Below are positions 1-7,719 of a stretch of 64,000 nucleotides of DNA, piece after piece. Below the pieces are notes generated by a model, which made no database searches, was not told the origin of the DNA, and saw only the letters and a program-made list of their open reading frames with translations. The position numbers and the translations under genes are program-made. Each line of letters begins with the position of its first letter. Positions within the stretch are counted from its first letter, which is position 1. The DNA is taken from positions 6,277 through 70,276 of the forward strand of contig JAKSOW010000001.1 in the NCBI GenBank assembly GCA_024405395.1, given 5' to 3'. The stretch is from Kiritimatiellia bacterium. GTDB lineage: Bacteria; Verrucomicrobiota; Kiritimatiellia; RFP12; UBA1067.

Positions 1-130
1 TCCTATAACTCTGTACCGCATCGGCAAAAAGCGCTGGATCCTGTATTTTGTCCCATGACGCATAGACGAAGATTGCGGCAATCCCAATTCGCAACACGCC
101 CTCAACAACAAGAACAAGCTTCTGCTTCAT
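1..130 (-). CDS. DoxX/MauE-like membrane protein, N-terminal fragment (gene continues past the left edge)
   Basis: The ATG at 130..128 overlaps the stop of the preceding small ORF (ATGA). My reverse-complement translation is MKQKLVLVVEGVLRIGIAAIFVYASWDKIQDPALFADAVQSYR. It is hydrophobic, and the xxLRIxxxxxFxxAxxDKIxDPxxFAxxVxxY pattern resembles DoxX-family N-termini. Confidence 0.5.
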   Translation of the reverse strand, partial: MKQKLVLVVEGVLRIGIAAIFVYASWDKIQDPALFADAVQSYR

Positions 131-318
131 GGCTCATCTCCTGTTTCGGACTCTCCGCTCTGGTGTGTTTCCGGTCCCGTCCACGGTATGCGTTGCTCTT
201 CGTAGACGCGCAGATTGTTGGCGATGCCCAAAAGCATCGCCAACACGATAATCGCAACCACAACAATCCAATTGAATCGCCACCCCCAAAAAGAAATTTC
301 CAGCCTGCTCATGCGCAT
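127..318 (-). CDS. small single-pass membrane protein (hypothetical)
   Basis: This is part of track ORF 127..375. ATGs at 318 and 312 lie just downstream of the protease stop (333). The product MRMSRLEISFWGWRFNWIVVVAIIVLAMLLGIANNL... has one clear hydrophobic helix followed by an acidic tail. Its stop overlaps the next ATG. Confidence 0.35.
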   Translation of the reverse strand: MRMSRLEISFWGWRFNWIVVVAIIVLAMLLGIANNLRVYEEQRIPWTGPETHQSGESETGDEP

Positions 319-332
319 ATTCCGGGACGACT

Positions 333-2015
333 TCACTTCACCACCACGGGCCAGGACATTGCGGGTTTCTTGCATACGGCAACACCTCGACCAACGCCAT
401 CAACAACAAGCCCATTCACCGTAAATTTGTACTTCGCAAGTTTGGTGCGGCCATTATTCGTCTCTAGTGCATAAATTGTGAAAGTGCCCTTGAATATTCC
501 CGTCTTGGCCGCGAACGAAAGCTTCACACCCGCATTGTTCTCAGCTTCTGGATCATACTGAAGCTCCATCTCCTGGGTTTCGCGATTCTTTGCGTATTTC
601 ACCTTACCGGCCTTGGGGAAGGTCCACTTGGCGCCCGCGACATCAAAGGCCGTTCCGTCTGGCGTCAGGCTAGACAACCAATCAAATCCCTCAGAAGAAG
701 ATGCGTCAACGGAAAGGATCGCCGTACCGTTTTCCAATCCTCCGACAATTGCCTTCTTGACGGAATAACCTTCCGTGTGCAAACCATCGCTTTCAAGCAC
801 ATATCCCTGTGCCGGATCATAGTCCACAACAATCGCCACATCGTTCACTGGCGCCTTGAACGAGAGCAGGCCAGAGATTCGATTCCCCTTCGGAGTGAAA
901 GACTTGGCCTTGGCGGCAACCTTCTTGCCATTGGGCAGAATGATGGATCCGGACACCTTGACTTCATTCTTCTTCTGGTTGTATTTCCCAAGCTTCAGCT
1001 GTACAATTCCCGCAACTTCATCACCCGCATCAATGAGAGCGCCCGAAACGGTCACAGCCTTGGTGTAGGCTGTCGTCACGTCAGGAATCGGCGCAGGCGT
1101 GGGATCGTCCTTGGGATCCTGCGGATCTTTGGGGTCAACCACAGGATCTTTCGGCTTAACACTCTTGCGAAACGCCGCAACAATCGCAAAATTGTCCTTG
1201 ACGGTCTTGGCGTTGTTGTGATTGGCGTCACCCATCGGCACACCCTCGAAATCAATGTCCGGATTGGAGAAATAGGGGATCGTCTGCCAAATTTCAGAGC
1301 TTCCGGGTTTTGGCGTATAGGCAAGCAATGTCGCATAGTTGCCGCTTGACGTCGACAGATAGAATGCCGAGGAATAGGCATCATGGCAGGGGCCATCTGT
1401 CCCATCACCATCTCCATATGTGGAAACATCCGCATGACCCGCCCCCAAGAGATGCCCTATCTCATGCGGGACGACATAGCCATCCTCATGGGCAGCAGCC
1501 TCAACACTTGCGATACAGTAGGCATACGTCGAATATAGACTGGGGCTGGGCCACCCCGCATCAAACTCCCAACCAATACCTGCAGCCCCAGCGGCAATCC
1601 GCGTAAGCACGCAAACCACATCAGCACCCACTTTTTCACGGTACTGATGAACCTTATCCCAGTCATACCCATCTCGGACATGACCTTTTCCTGTATTGTC
1701 GCACACCACATCCGTCAGCATCGAAACGACGTCGCCCGTACCCGAGGACGGCACCAGCAATTCGCCTACCGAACGAAAATCACCTGCAGAAGAGATTCCA
1801 GAATTCGCCATGACGCGGTTGAGCTTCTCTACCGAACTGGCCGTAAGCTCCGAAGGCGACACGCCAGCATCACTTAGCCAATCCTGAGCTGATTTGTCGT
1901 ATACAAACAATACGTCAATTGTTGCGGCCATGGTTATGCCTGTTGCCATCAGGATCCATGCCGCCATTATCATTTTCTTCATGTCTTTATCCTTTCTTTC
2001 CCTGCTTGTGATCAT
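333..2015 (-). CDS. secreted zinc metalloprotease, metzincin (reprolysin/M12B-like) with long non-catalytic C-terminal region
   Basis: The zinc-binding motif HEIGHLLGAGHAD (HExxHxxGxxHxD) lies at about nt 1434-1466. The signal-like N-terminus is MKKMIMAAWILMATGITMAA. The ATG at 1982 is preceded by AGGA; the alternative ATG at 2015 overlaps the upstream stop as ATGA. The C-terminal ~250 aa share modules with neighbouring genes. Confidence 0.85.
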   Translation of the reverse strand: MITSRERKDKDMKKMIMAAWILMATGITMAATIDVLFVYDKSAQDWLSDAGVSPSELTASSVEKLNRVMANSGISSAGDFRSVGELLVPSSGTGDVVSMLTDVVCDNTGKGHVRDGYDWDKVHQYREKVGADVVCVLTRIAAGAAGIGWEFDAGWPSPSLYSTYAYCIASVEAAAHEDGYVVPHEIGHLLGAGHADVSTYGDGDGTDGPCHDAYSSAFYLSTSSGNYATLLAYTPKPGSSEIWQTIPYFSNPDIDFEGVPMGDANHNNAKTVKDNFAIVAAFRKSVKPKDPVVDPKDPQDPKDDPTPAPIPDVTTAYTKAVTVSGALIDAGDEVAGIVQLKLGKYNQKKNEVKVSGSIILPNGKKVAAKAKSFTPKGNRISGLLSFKAPVNDVAIVVDYDPAQGYVLESDGLHTEGYSVKKAIVGGLENGTAILSVDASSSEGFDWLSSLTPDGTAFDVAGAKWTFPKAGKVKYAKNRETQEMELQYDPEAENNAGVKLSFAAKTGIFKGTFTIYALETNNGRTKLAKYKFTVNGLVVDGVGRGVAVCKKPAMSWPVVVK

Positions 2016-5000
2016 TTTGCAAACATGTTAAACGGAACCGTAGAAGTCATTCGCTTCCCATTCACTTCTGTCTTGTAGCTGAAATAGCCGCTCGCAAAAG
2101 GCCGTTCTGCAAACTCTCCTGGAAAACTCTCTGCTATACACCCGCAGTCGATCCATCCAGGCGTCAATACTCCGCTAAAGTTCCCTTTGACTTCCTCTTC
2201 TCCAAAGTTAAATGTGGCTTTCCCAGAAACCAAACCTGAAGATGAATTTATCCGGCAAATTGCATCGGGGACTTCTTGACCCATGATTGAACAAACTACG
2301 GATTTCAAATCAAAAAGTCCAAGCCACGATTCAAGGGTAGTACGCTTTGCATAATATATGCCATAGCAGTCCAAGTCGGATGTAAATGCATCAAACTCAC
2401 CCACATGCCGCCATCGTGCGGCTACTCCTCTCACTGGACGAACAACCCGAGCAGTGGTCTCGTCTGCATAGTACTTTTCTCCGTTAGCATGAATTCGCAA
2501 TAAAGCCGAAAGAGAATCTCTCCTTTCCGCATGCAGAATCGGCAAGATTGCGTATTCCGAATCCTCTGGATCAATTGCCAACATTGATTTCGCGCTAAAT
2601 CTCGTACCTGAAGGAAGCGACCCCTTCAACCTAACAGTGCCAGTCTTCGAAACCGAAATCATTGCATATCCGGAACCTGTGAAATTACCGCCTGACACAT
2701 TTTCCACTCCAAATGCCATCGTGTAGTAACCAGCAAACGACCTCAGCTCTCCCATTGCCGAAGATCCAGAGGCACCACCAAACTCAACGCTCAAAACACC
2801 ACTGGCAGATAAGATCAACTTGAGGCTATGTTTGGGGGAAATGAGTTGCGCCGACGCCTCTCCTGAATCAGTATTCATGTATGACCAATAACCACTGAAG
2901 AACTTTGCTTGACTCGATAATTCAACAACCTTGGCCGAAAGTTTACCCGATTTGCTTTGTTTTAGGGTTACCATTCCCACCACATCCGAAGTTCCGTCAC
3001 CTGATGCCTTCACAAGAGGCACCGTCCACAAGCCGCCAACGCCAACAAATTGATTAAACTCACGTGGATCCATGATAGTTACCGTAACCGCCACAACGCC
3101 CGAAGGAATATTGGCATTGCCAATCTTTCTCGTCACCTCATACGAGAAATCAAATATTCCCTTTTTCTTTGCCTGGCCACGCAAACACACGGCTCCCGTC
3201 TGCTCATCAACGTAAAGCCTAAGCCCATTTGGCAATTGCCCCGATTTCTTCTTTACCGTAACCCGAGAGCAACCGTCAACCTCAACAGTTTCTAAAATGC
3301 ACTTCGTTTGGAATCCAACGTACGCGGAGGCCTCCTCATTACCGCTCCCTGGGACAAATTCACAGCTCACCTCCGCTGCATAACAAGAGGAGCCTCCCGC
3401 CACACGAGCAGGCATAGTTCCAGTCAATTTCAATACCGGTCGTAGTGATTGTGCATGTGATTTTCTAACTGCAAATTCCAGGGAATTAGTTCCACAGGCC
3501 ACCACAACTCCGTCTAAGACCAGAGATATCATCACGTCATGCGTGGAAGACACCGACACCGAGAAACTACCTGTTGAGAATCCCCGCAGAATAAACGCTT
3601 CAGCAGCATCACAGATTTGGAAATCAACTTGGGCTCGTCCCCCCGCTACCGACAGCTCCCGTCTAGTTGTGGAGACATAATCAGAAGACTCATCAGCACG
3701 ATTAGCCAATTTCAGAAGATCATCAAGCCGGGCGATGTTTTCCTCTGGATCATAGTAGCGAACATCAGAACCTATTTCACCATTACGGTCTCGCCATGTT
3801 GAGCAACGACCAACAACACGTCCCTTTCCGTCAATCAACAACAGCGTTGGTGTGCTGAGACGAGTCGCAGATGTTTCTGGTGCCTTCCACTCAGAAACTG
3901 AATTTCTGACACTTCGTTCGTGGGCGGCTAACACCAAAGGATCATCAGCATGCAACCCATGGCGAGACAAATATGCAGCACCACTAACCATCTTTCTTTC
4001 ATTCCCTGTATGGATGTGCTCCAAACCCGCGGCATAGGAAAGAAGATGCCCTGCATCTGCGTAAGTGTCGCTCTCTGAGAATGCCTGATCAAACAACACC
4101 AACTGTACCCGATTGTCCTCAAGCCAATCTCGGAATAGATCCGACGCAAAAAGTGATTGTTCCATCCCTTTACAATAGGGACACCATAAGACTCCTGAAT
4201 AAATCGCCAGGATTGCTTTAGCTTTACCCTCGACGACCTTACGACACGCAAGATCATAATCAAGTGTCCAATCCGAATACCTCAACTCCTCTATTGTGCT
4301 TTCCCCCACAAAATATGGATTTGTTGGCGAATTCACCTGGGCATCAACGCAATGCACAAATGAAGAAGAGACCACATCCCCCTTAGAGTCAATAAGAGAC
4401 AGCTCTATGCTCTTTCCTGTGGGAAACTCACATCCCAGAAACTTTTCAAGCGAGAGCGATACGATGGCATTCGTCTGTCCCATTGCCCAATGAATCGCAT
4501 TTGTAACTGGGGGCAGAACATTTCCAGGCCATGCAGCAACCAACAGATTATCGTCGGCAACACCTGGAAGACGCTTCAACGGAATATCAACAAACGACGT
4601 ATTCGACTCTATCTCAAGGCGATCACCCTCTCCGTCTGAGCATTGGAAACCAGCAACTGTACGATTTGTGGTGTAGGACCCGCAGAGTTTCTGAATGCTC
4701 TGTTCCAATTCTATCGCCAACAATTCCAACATTTCTGGATCATGCTCCGCAAGCGCGGAAAGAGACATCGCGGGGTCACGCGGCACAAGCATGCGTCCAG
4801 ATCTTCCAACAAAGCTCTCAGCCAAAGTCTCAACCCCATTCTTTGGCCACCATACACAGATGAACGGGAAACTGGTGAGCCAATTTCCTACAGATTTCGT
4901 GAATCCGGCACTACGAGCGAAATCACAGGCGCCCGTCCCCTCATTTACTTCAATATCCGCGCCAGAGGTACCTTGCACATAACAATAGACATAATCTGAA

Positions 5001-5269
5001 TGCTTCGTTTGCCAAGTGCGAAACGACTCGAGATTGACTGCCGTCTCAAGCTTTTCACACTCGCCACAAGAGGAATTAGCCCAAAACAACACCAGTGGAG
5101 CCTTAAGACTCTGTGCCAGGTTGGTAGCCGCGGTGAACGACTCAAGCCAAACGCCAGTCCTAGTTTCGTTCGAAACCTGGACTGGCGAATCAGCCTGCGC
5201 ATCCAGCGCCACCAAGGCGACAGTCACTGACAGTATCAGCGTGCCGATTCTTGAATGCAATACCGTCAA
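2012..5269 (-). CDS. large exported protein with two thioredoxin-like CxxC domains and an Ig-like segment
   Basis: The track ORF runs to 5419, but its first ~50 codons overlap the upstream gene and show no signal peptide. TTG starts at 5269 or 5260 give ...HSRIGTLILSVTVALVALDAQA, a signal peptide. The CxxC contexts are LVLFWANSSCGECEKLE and LAIYSGVLWCPYCKGMEQ. An Ig-like GQLPNGLRLYVDEQTGAV segment is present. The start codon is uncertain. Confidence 0.8.
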   Translation of the reverse strand: MTVLHSRIGTLILSVTVALVALDAQADSPVQVSNETRTGVWLESFTAATNLAQSLKAPLVLFWANSSCGECEKLETAVNLESFRTWQTKHSDYVYCYVQGTSGADIEVNEGTGACDFARSAGFTKSVGNWLTSFPFICVWWPKNGVETLAESFVGRSGRMLVPRDPAMSLSALAEHDPEMLELLAIELEQSIQKLCGSYTTNRTVAGFQCSDGEGDRLEIESNTSFVDIPLKRLPGVADDNLLVAAWPGNVLPPVTNAIHWAMGQTNAIVSLSLEKFLGCEFPTGKSIELSLIDSKGDVVSSSFVHCVDAQVNSPTNPYFVGESTIEELRYSDWTLDYDLACRKVVEGKAKAILAIYSGVLWCPYCKGMEQSLFASDLFRDWLEDNRVQLVLFDQAFSESDTYADAGHLLSYAAGLEHIHTGNERKMVSGAAYLSRHGLHADDPLVLAAHERSVRNSVSEWKAPETSATRLSTPTLLLIDGKGRVVGRCSTWRDRNGEIGSDVRYYDPEENIARLDDLLKLANRADESSDYVSTTRRELSVAGGRAQVDFQICDAAEAFILRGFSTGSFSVSVSSTHDVMISLVLDGVVVACGTNSLEFAVRKSHAQSLRPVLKLTGTMPARVAGGSSCYAAEVSCEFVPGSGNEEASAYVGFQTKCILETVEVDGCSRVTVKKKSGQLPNGLRLYVDEQTGAVCLRGQAKKKGIFDFSYEVTRKIGNANIPSGVVAVTVTIMDPREFNQFVGVGGLWTVPLVKASGDGTSDVVGMVTLKQSKSGKLSAKVVELSSQAKFFSGYWSYMNTDSGEASAQLISPKHSLKLILSASGVLSVEFGGASGSSAMGELRSFAGYYTMAFGVENVSGGNFTGSGYAMISVSKTGTVRLKGSLPSGTRFSAKSMLAIDPEDSEYAILPILHAERRDSLSALLRIHANGEKYYADETTARVVRPVRGVAARWRHVGEFDAFTSDLDCYGIYYAKRTTLESWLGLFDLKSVVCSIMGQEVPDAICRINSSSGLVSGKATFNFGEEEVKGNFSGVLTPGWIDCGCIAESFPGEFAERPFASGYFSYKTEVNGKRMTSTVPFNMFAK

Positions 5270-6048
5270 TCCATCACAGCCTTGACATACGCCGGGAAGG
5301 TATACGCTTCCGTGATTTTGGTTGCCTTCTGCAACTTGGCGGATATTTTCTTGTTGTACTTGATCTTCCAAGTTCCGAATGCCGAAGACCCTTGATTCAG
5401 CGAGCAAGTCTCCCCACACTCCAGACAGATAGGCCAGCCAGGTGCCGTAGCAGTGACGGCCTCCGTTCCCTCAATCTTCTCACACCAGTTGCAAGTCCCT
5501 GAAGTGGCTTTAGTGGTCACTACCGCACCCGGCAACATCCATCCGGCGAAGCTACCGCTGACAGGTGAAATGATTGAAGAAAGGAGCGTGCATGTATTCT
5601 TATCCTTGAGCACATTGTCCTTCAGAGACCCAAATCCTGATCCAACAAGATAGAATGTACCATCTTCTGAACTCAGAATCCATGTCAGTTCACATTTGGC
5701 GGCGCTTTTGTCAATACGATTGGCAATTGGCCACTCAAGCTTGACGTTCAAAGGTTTCTGACTGGTCACATTCCAGAAGAAGTAACCAAAAGCATTGGTG
5801 CTGCTCGTATAGGGCTCACCTTTGATCAACGTATCGCAGTCACATCCCCAGATCACACCCTTGATTGTGACAGATCCCTGTTTACGATACAACGTACTCT
5901 GATCAGTACGCATATCGCAAGCAACCATCTTGGGAGTTCCCGACTGCGTAACCGTAGTCTTAACCTTAATGTCTACTTCGTAGAACTGAGCATCTGCAGA
6001 AGCTGCTCCACAAAGCAGGAGCGCAAACAACATTACGATTGTCTTCAT
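5266..6048 (-). CDS. exported Cys-rich protein, unknown family (paralog of 13779..14657)
   Basis: The signal peptide is MKTIVMLFALLLCGAASADA. The protein has more than 10 Cys. It shares with the 13779 gene the motifs YEVDIKVKT/YDLTIKLKT, T[IL]KG[VI]IW.C, GTWK[IL]KY[NS]KKI and [FM]PAY.K at the C-terminus. Confidence 0.75.
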   Translation of the reverse strand: MKTIVMLFALLLCGAASADAQFYEVDIKVKTTVTQSGTPKMVACDMRTDQSTLYRKQGSVTIKGVIWGCDCDTLIKGEPYTSSTNAFGYFFWNVTSQKPLNVKLEWPIANRIDKSAAKCELTWILSSEDGTFYLVGSGFGSLKDNVLKDKNTCTLLSSIISPVSGSFAGWMLPGAVVTTKATSGTCNWCEKIEGTEAVTATAPGWPICLECGETCSLNQGSSAFGTWKIKYNKKISAKLQKATKITEAYTFPAYVKAVMD

Positions 6049-6078
6049 TGTCTTACATCCTTTTTCAATTTTACTAGC

Positions 6079-6612
6079 TTAATCAATGGAGAACTCGGAT
6101 GTCCCAAGTTTGCTGGAGGAAGCTGTACCATACCCCTCGCTGCCGTCAAACGTACCACTGATTTTGACCGTGTACTTTTTGAGCTTCATCTTGGTGACAC
6201 CCTTCTTGGTTTCATATTCCTGCACACCATAGACCTTGAAGGATCCCTTGACTGTTCCCTTCTTGCGGTTGTAGGAAAGCTTAAGACCGGCATAATTAGA
6301 GCTTTTGTCCGAATCCTTGAGCACCAACTCGTAATCCCCATCAACCTTTTTCACTTTGACAGAAAGGGCCTTATCGGTTTTCAACTTCTTGCCTGTGAAA
6401 TAGACAGGCTCGCCATCCGGGAAAAGATCAGACTGAATTTCGATTTCATCATCCGAAATATCAAATCCATCATCCAGTGTGAATGTGAATTCGGAATCCT
6501 CATAACTCTCATCATCTTTGTCCTTATTTTTGGCAAAAGCCGAAGAGATCGGCGCAAGCACCAATCCTAACGCCAAAACACCAATTGCTGTCTTTACCCA
6601 TTTCCTGTTCAT
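6079..6612 (-). CDS. small exported protein, unknown function (shares C-terminal module with the metalloprotease)
   Basis: An AGGAG sits 7 nt upstream of the ATG. The signal peptide is MNRKWVKTAIGVLALGLVLAPISSAFA, followed by an acidic stretch. Its GLKLSYNRKKGTVKGSFKVYGVQ...KMKLKKYTVKISGTFDGSEGYG aligns with GVKLSFAAKTGIFKGTFTIYAL...TKLAKYKFTVNGLVVDGVGRG of the 333..2015 product. Confidence 0.75.
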   Translation of the reverse strand: MNRKWVKTAIGVLALGLVLAPISSAFAKNKDKDDESYEDSEFTFTLDDGFDISDDEIEIQSDLFPDGEPVYFTGKKLKTDKALSVKVKKVDGDYELVLKDSDKSSNYAGLKLSYNRKKGTVKGSFKVYGVQEYETKKGVTKMKLKKYTVKISGTFDGSEGYGTASSSKLGTSEFSID

Positions 6613-6639
6613 GATCAGTTCTCCTTTTTTTGTAAGAAA

Positions 6640-7719
6640 TCAATCTTCAGCCCTTTTGGCTTCTACCACCAATTGAAACTCGCGAACTACCTTGGTTGCC
6701 GCCACATCTCTCCCTTCAGCGGTCACGGTAATATTATAACATCCTTTTCGCCAAAGTGTACCAGAAAAAACACCTTCTTCTGAATCCAGCGAAAGTCCGA
6801 ATGGCATACCCTCTGCGCTGAATTTCATCGGCCGCGTTGCCTCTTCAACTTCTAACCGGAACTTGAATTTCTTCCCTACCTTCGCAATGATCGGTTGTTC
6901 TGGAACCGAAAATACCGGCGGCCTACAAGCAGATACATTCCTGAAATTGGCTGTATAGGTTCCCTCAGTCATACCAGAGTCAATGACTAGCTTACGAGCA
7001 TAACCTACACACCTTCCATTAGGATCCATCCATCCCCAAAACACGCTACCAGAATCATCGGCAATTGCCGTGATTACAACTGTACCACGTTCATCCGCAA
7101 GCTCCCCAGAGACTGGATCCATCTCAATTTTTCCACTCCCTCCTGTTTGAGTGAATTTGAAATACTTTGAGTCAGGACTATGCAATATCTCTTTGGGATT
7201 GGATAATTTTGCCGTATAATCAATCAAAATCTTGTCCAGAGCGGAAATCAATTCCATCTGAAGAAATTTATGTCGAATTCCAGGCATCGTTCCACGACGA
7301 CCAGAGAAAGTCCTTTTTACCTCTGTCCCGTCTTCTTTCTTCCAATATACGCAAACTATCGGTATACCAGTTACCTCCTTGAACCCCTCTCGTTGAAAAG
7401 CTTCTGTTTGCTTGAACTGAGGATTCTTGTCATTTATATGTACCATAAAAATCTTACGGTCATCTTGCCACATCTTGAAATCCGTACTATTCATGGATTT
7501 GTTCAAGCGATAACAGAAACTACATTCAGTTCCAGCACTGATAACTAGAATCGGCTTATGAGCTGATTTCGCAACCGCTAGTGCATTAGTGAAATTATCG
7601 CTCCATACACCTGGCGTAACTTCATGTACGATAGGTATTTTGGCGCTTACTTCATCCCGTCCATGACACAAGGCTGTTACTAATAAAAAAATGAATACCA
7701 CGAGCTTACTCATCTTCAT
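6640..7719 (-). CDS. exported thioredoxin-fold (CxxC) + Ig-like domain protein
   Basis: The ATG at 7719 overlaps the upstream TAA (TAATG). The signal peptide is MKMSKLVVFIFLLVTALCHG. The CxxC context is ILVISAGTECSFCYRLNKSM. IPIVCVYWKKEDGTEVKRTFSGRRGTMP is conserved in the paralogs. The Ig-like segment is AEGMPFGLSLDSEEGVFSGTL. Confidence 0.8.
   Translation of the reverse strand: MKMSKLVVFIFLLVTALCHGRDEVSAKIPIVHEVTPGVWSDNFTNALAVAKSAHKPILVISAGTECSFCYRLNKSMNSTDFKMWQDDRKIFMVHINDKNPQFKQTEAFQREGFKEVTGIPIVCVYWKKEDGTEVKRTFSGRRGTMPGIRHKFLQMELISALDKILIDYTAKLSNPKEILHSPDSKYFKFTQTGGSGKIEMDPVSGELADERGTVVITAIADDSGSVFWGWMDPNGRCVGYARKLVIDSGMTEGTYTANFRNVSACRPPVFSVPEQPIIAKVGKKFKFRLEVEEATRPMKFSAEGMPFGLSLDSEEGVFSGTLWRKGCYNITVTAEGRDVAATKVVREFQLVVEAKRAED

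Noticed and set aside
55-474. Plus-strand ORFs 55..474 and 215..424 at the left edge.
   Set aside because: They overlap better-supported minus-strand genes (DoxX-like start, small membrane protein, protease 3' end). Their composition is low-complexity, rich in Q, R, P and T.
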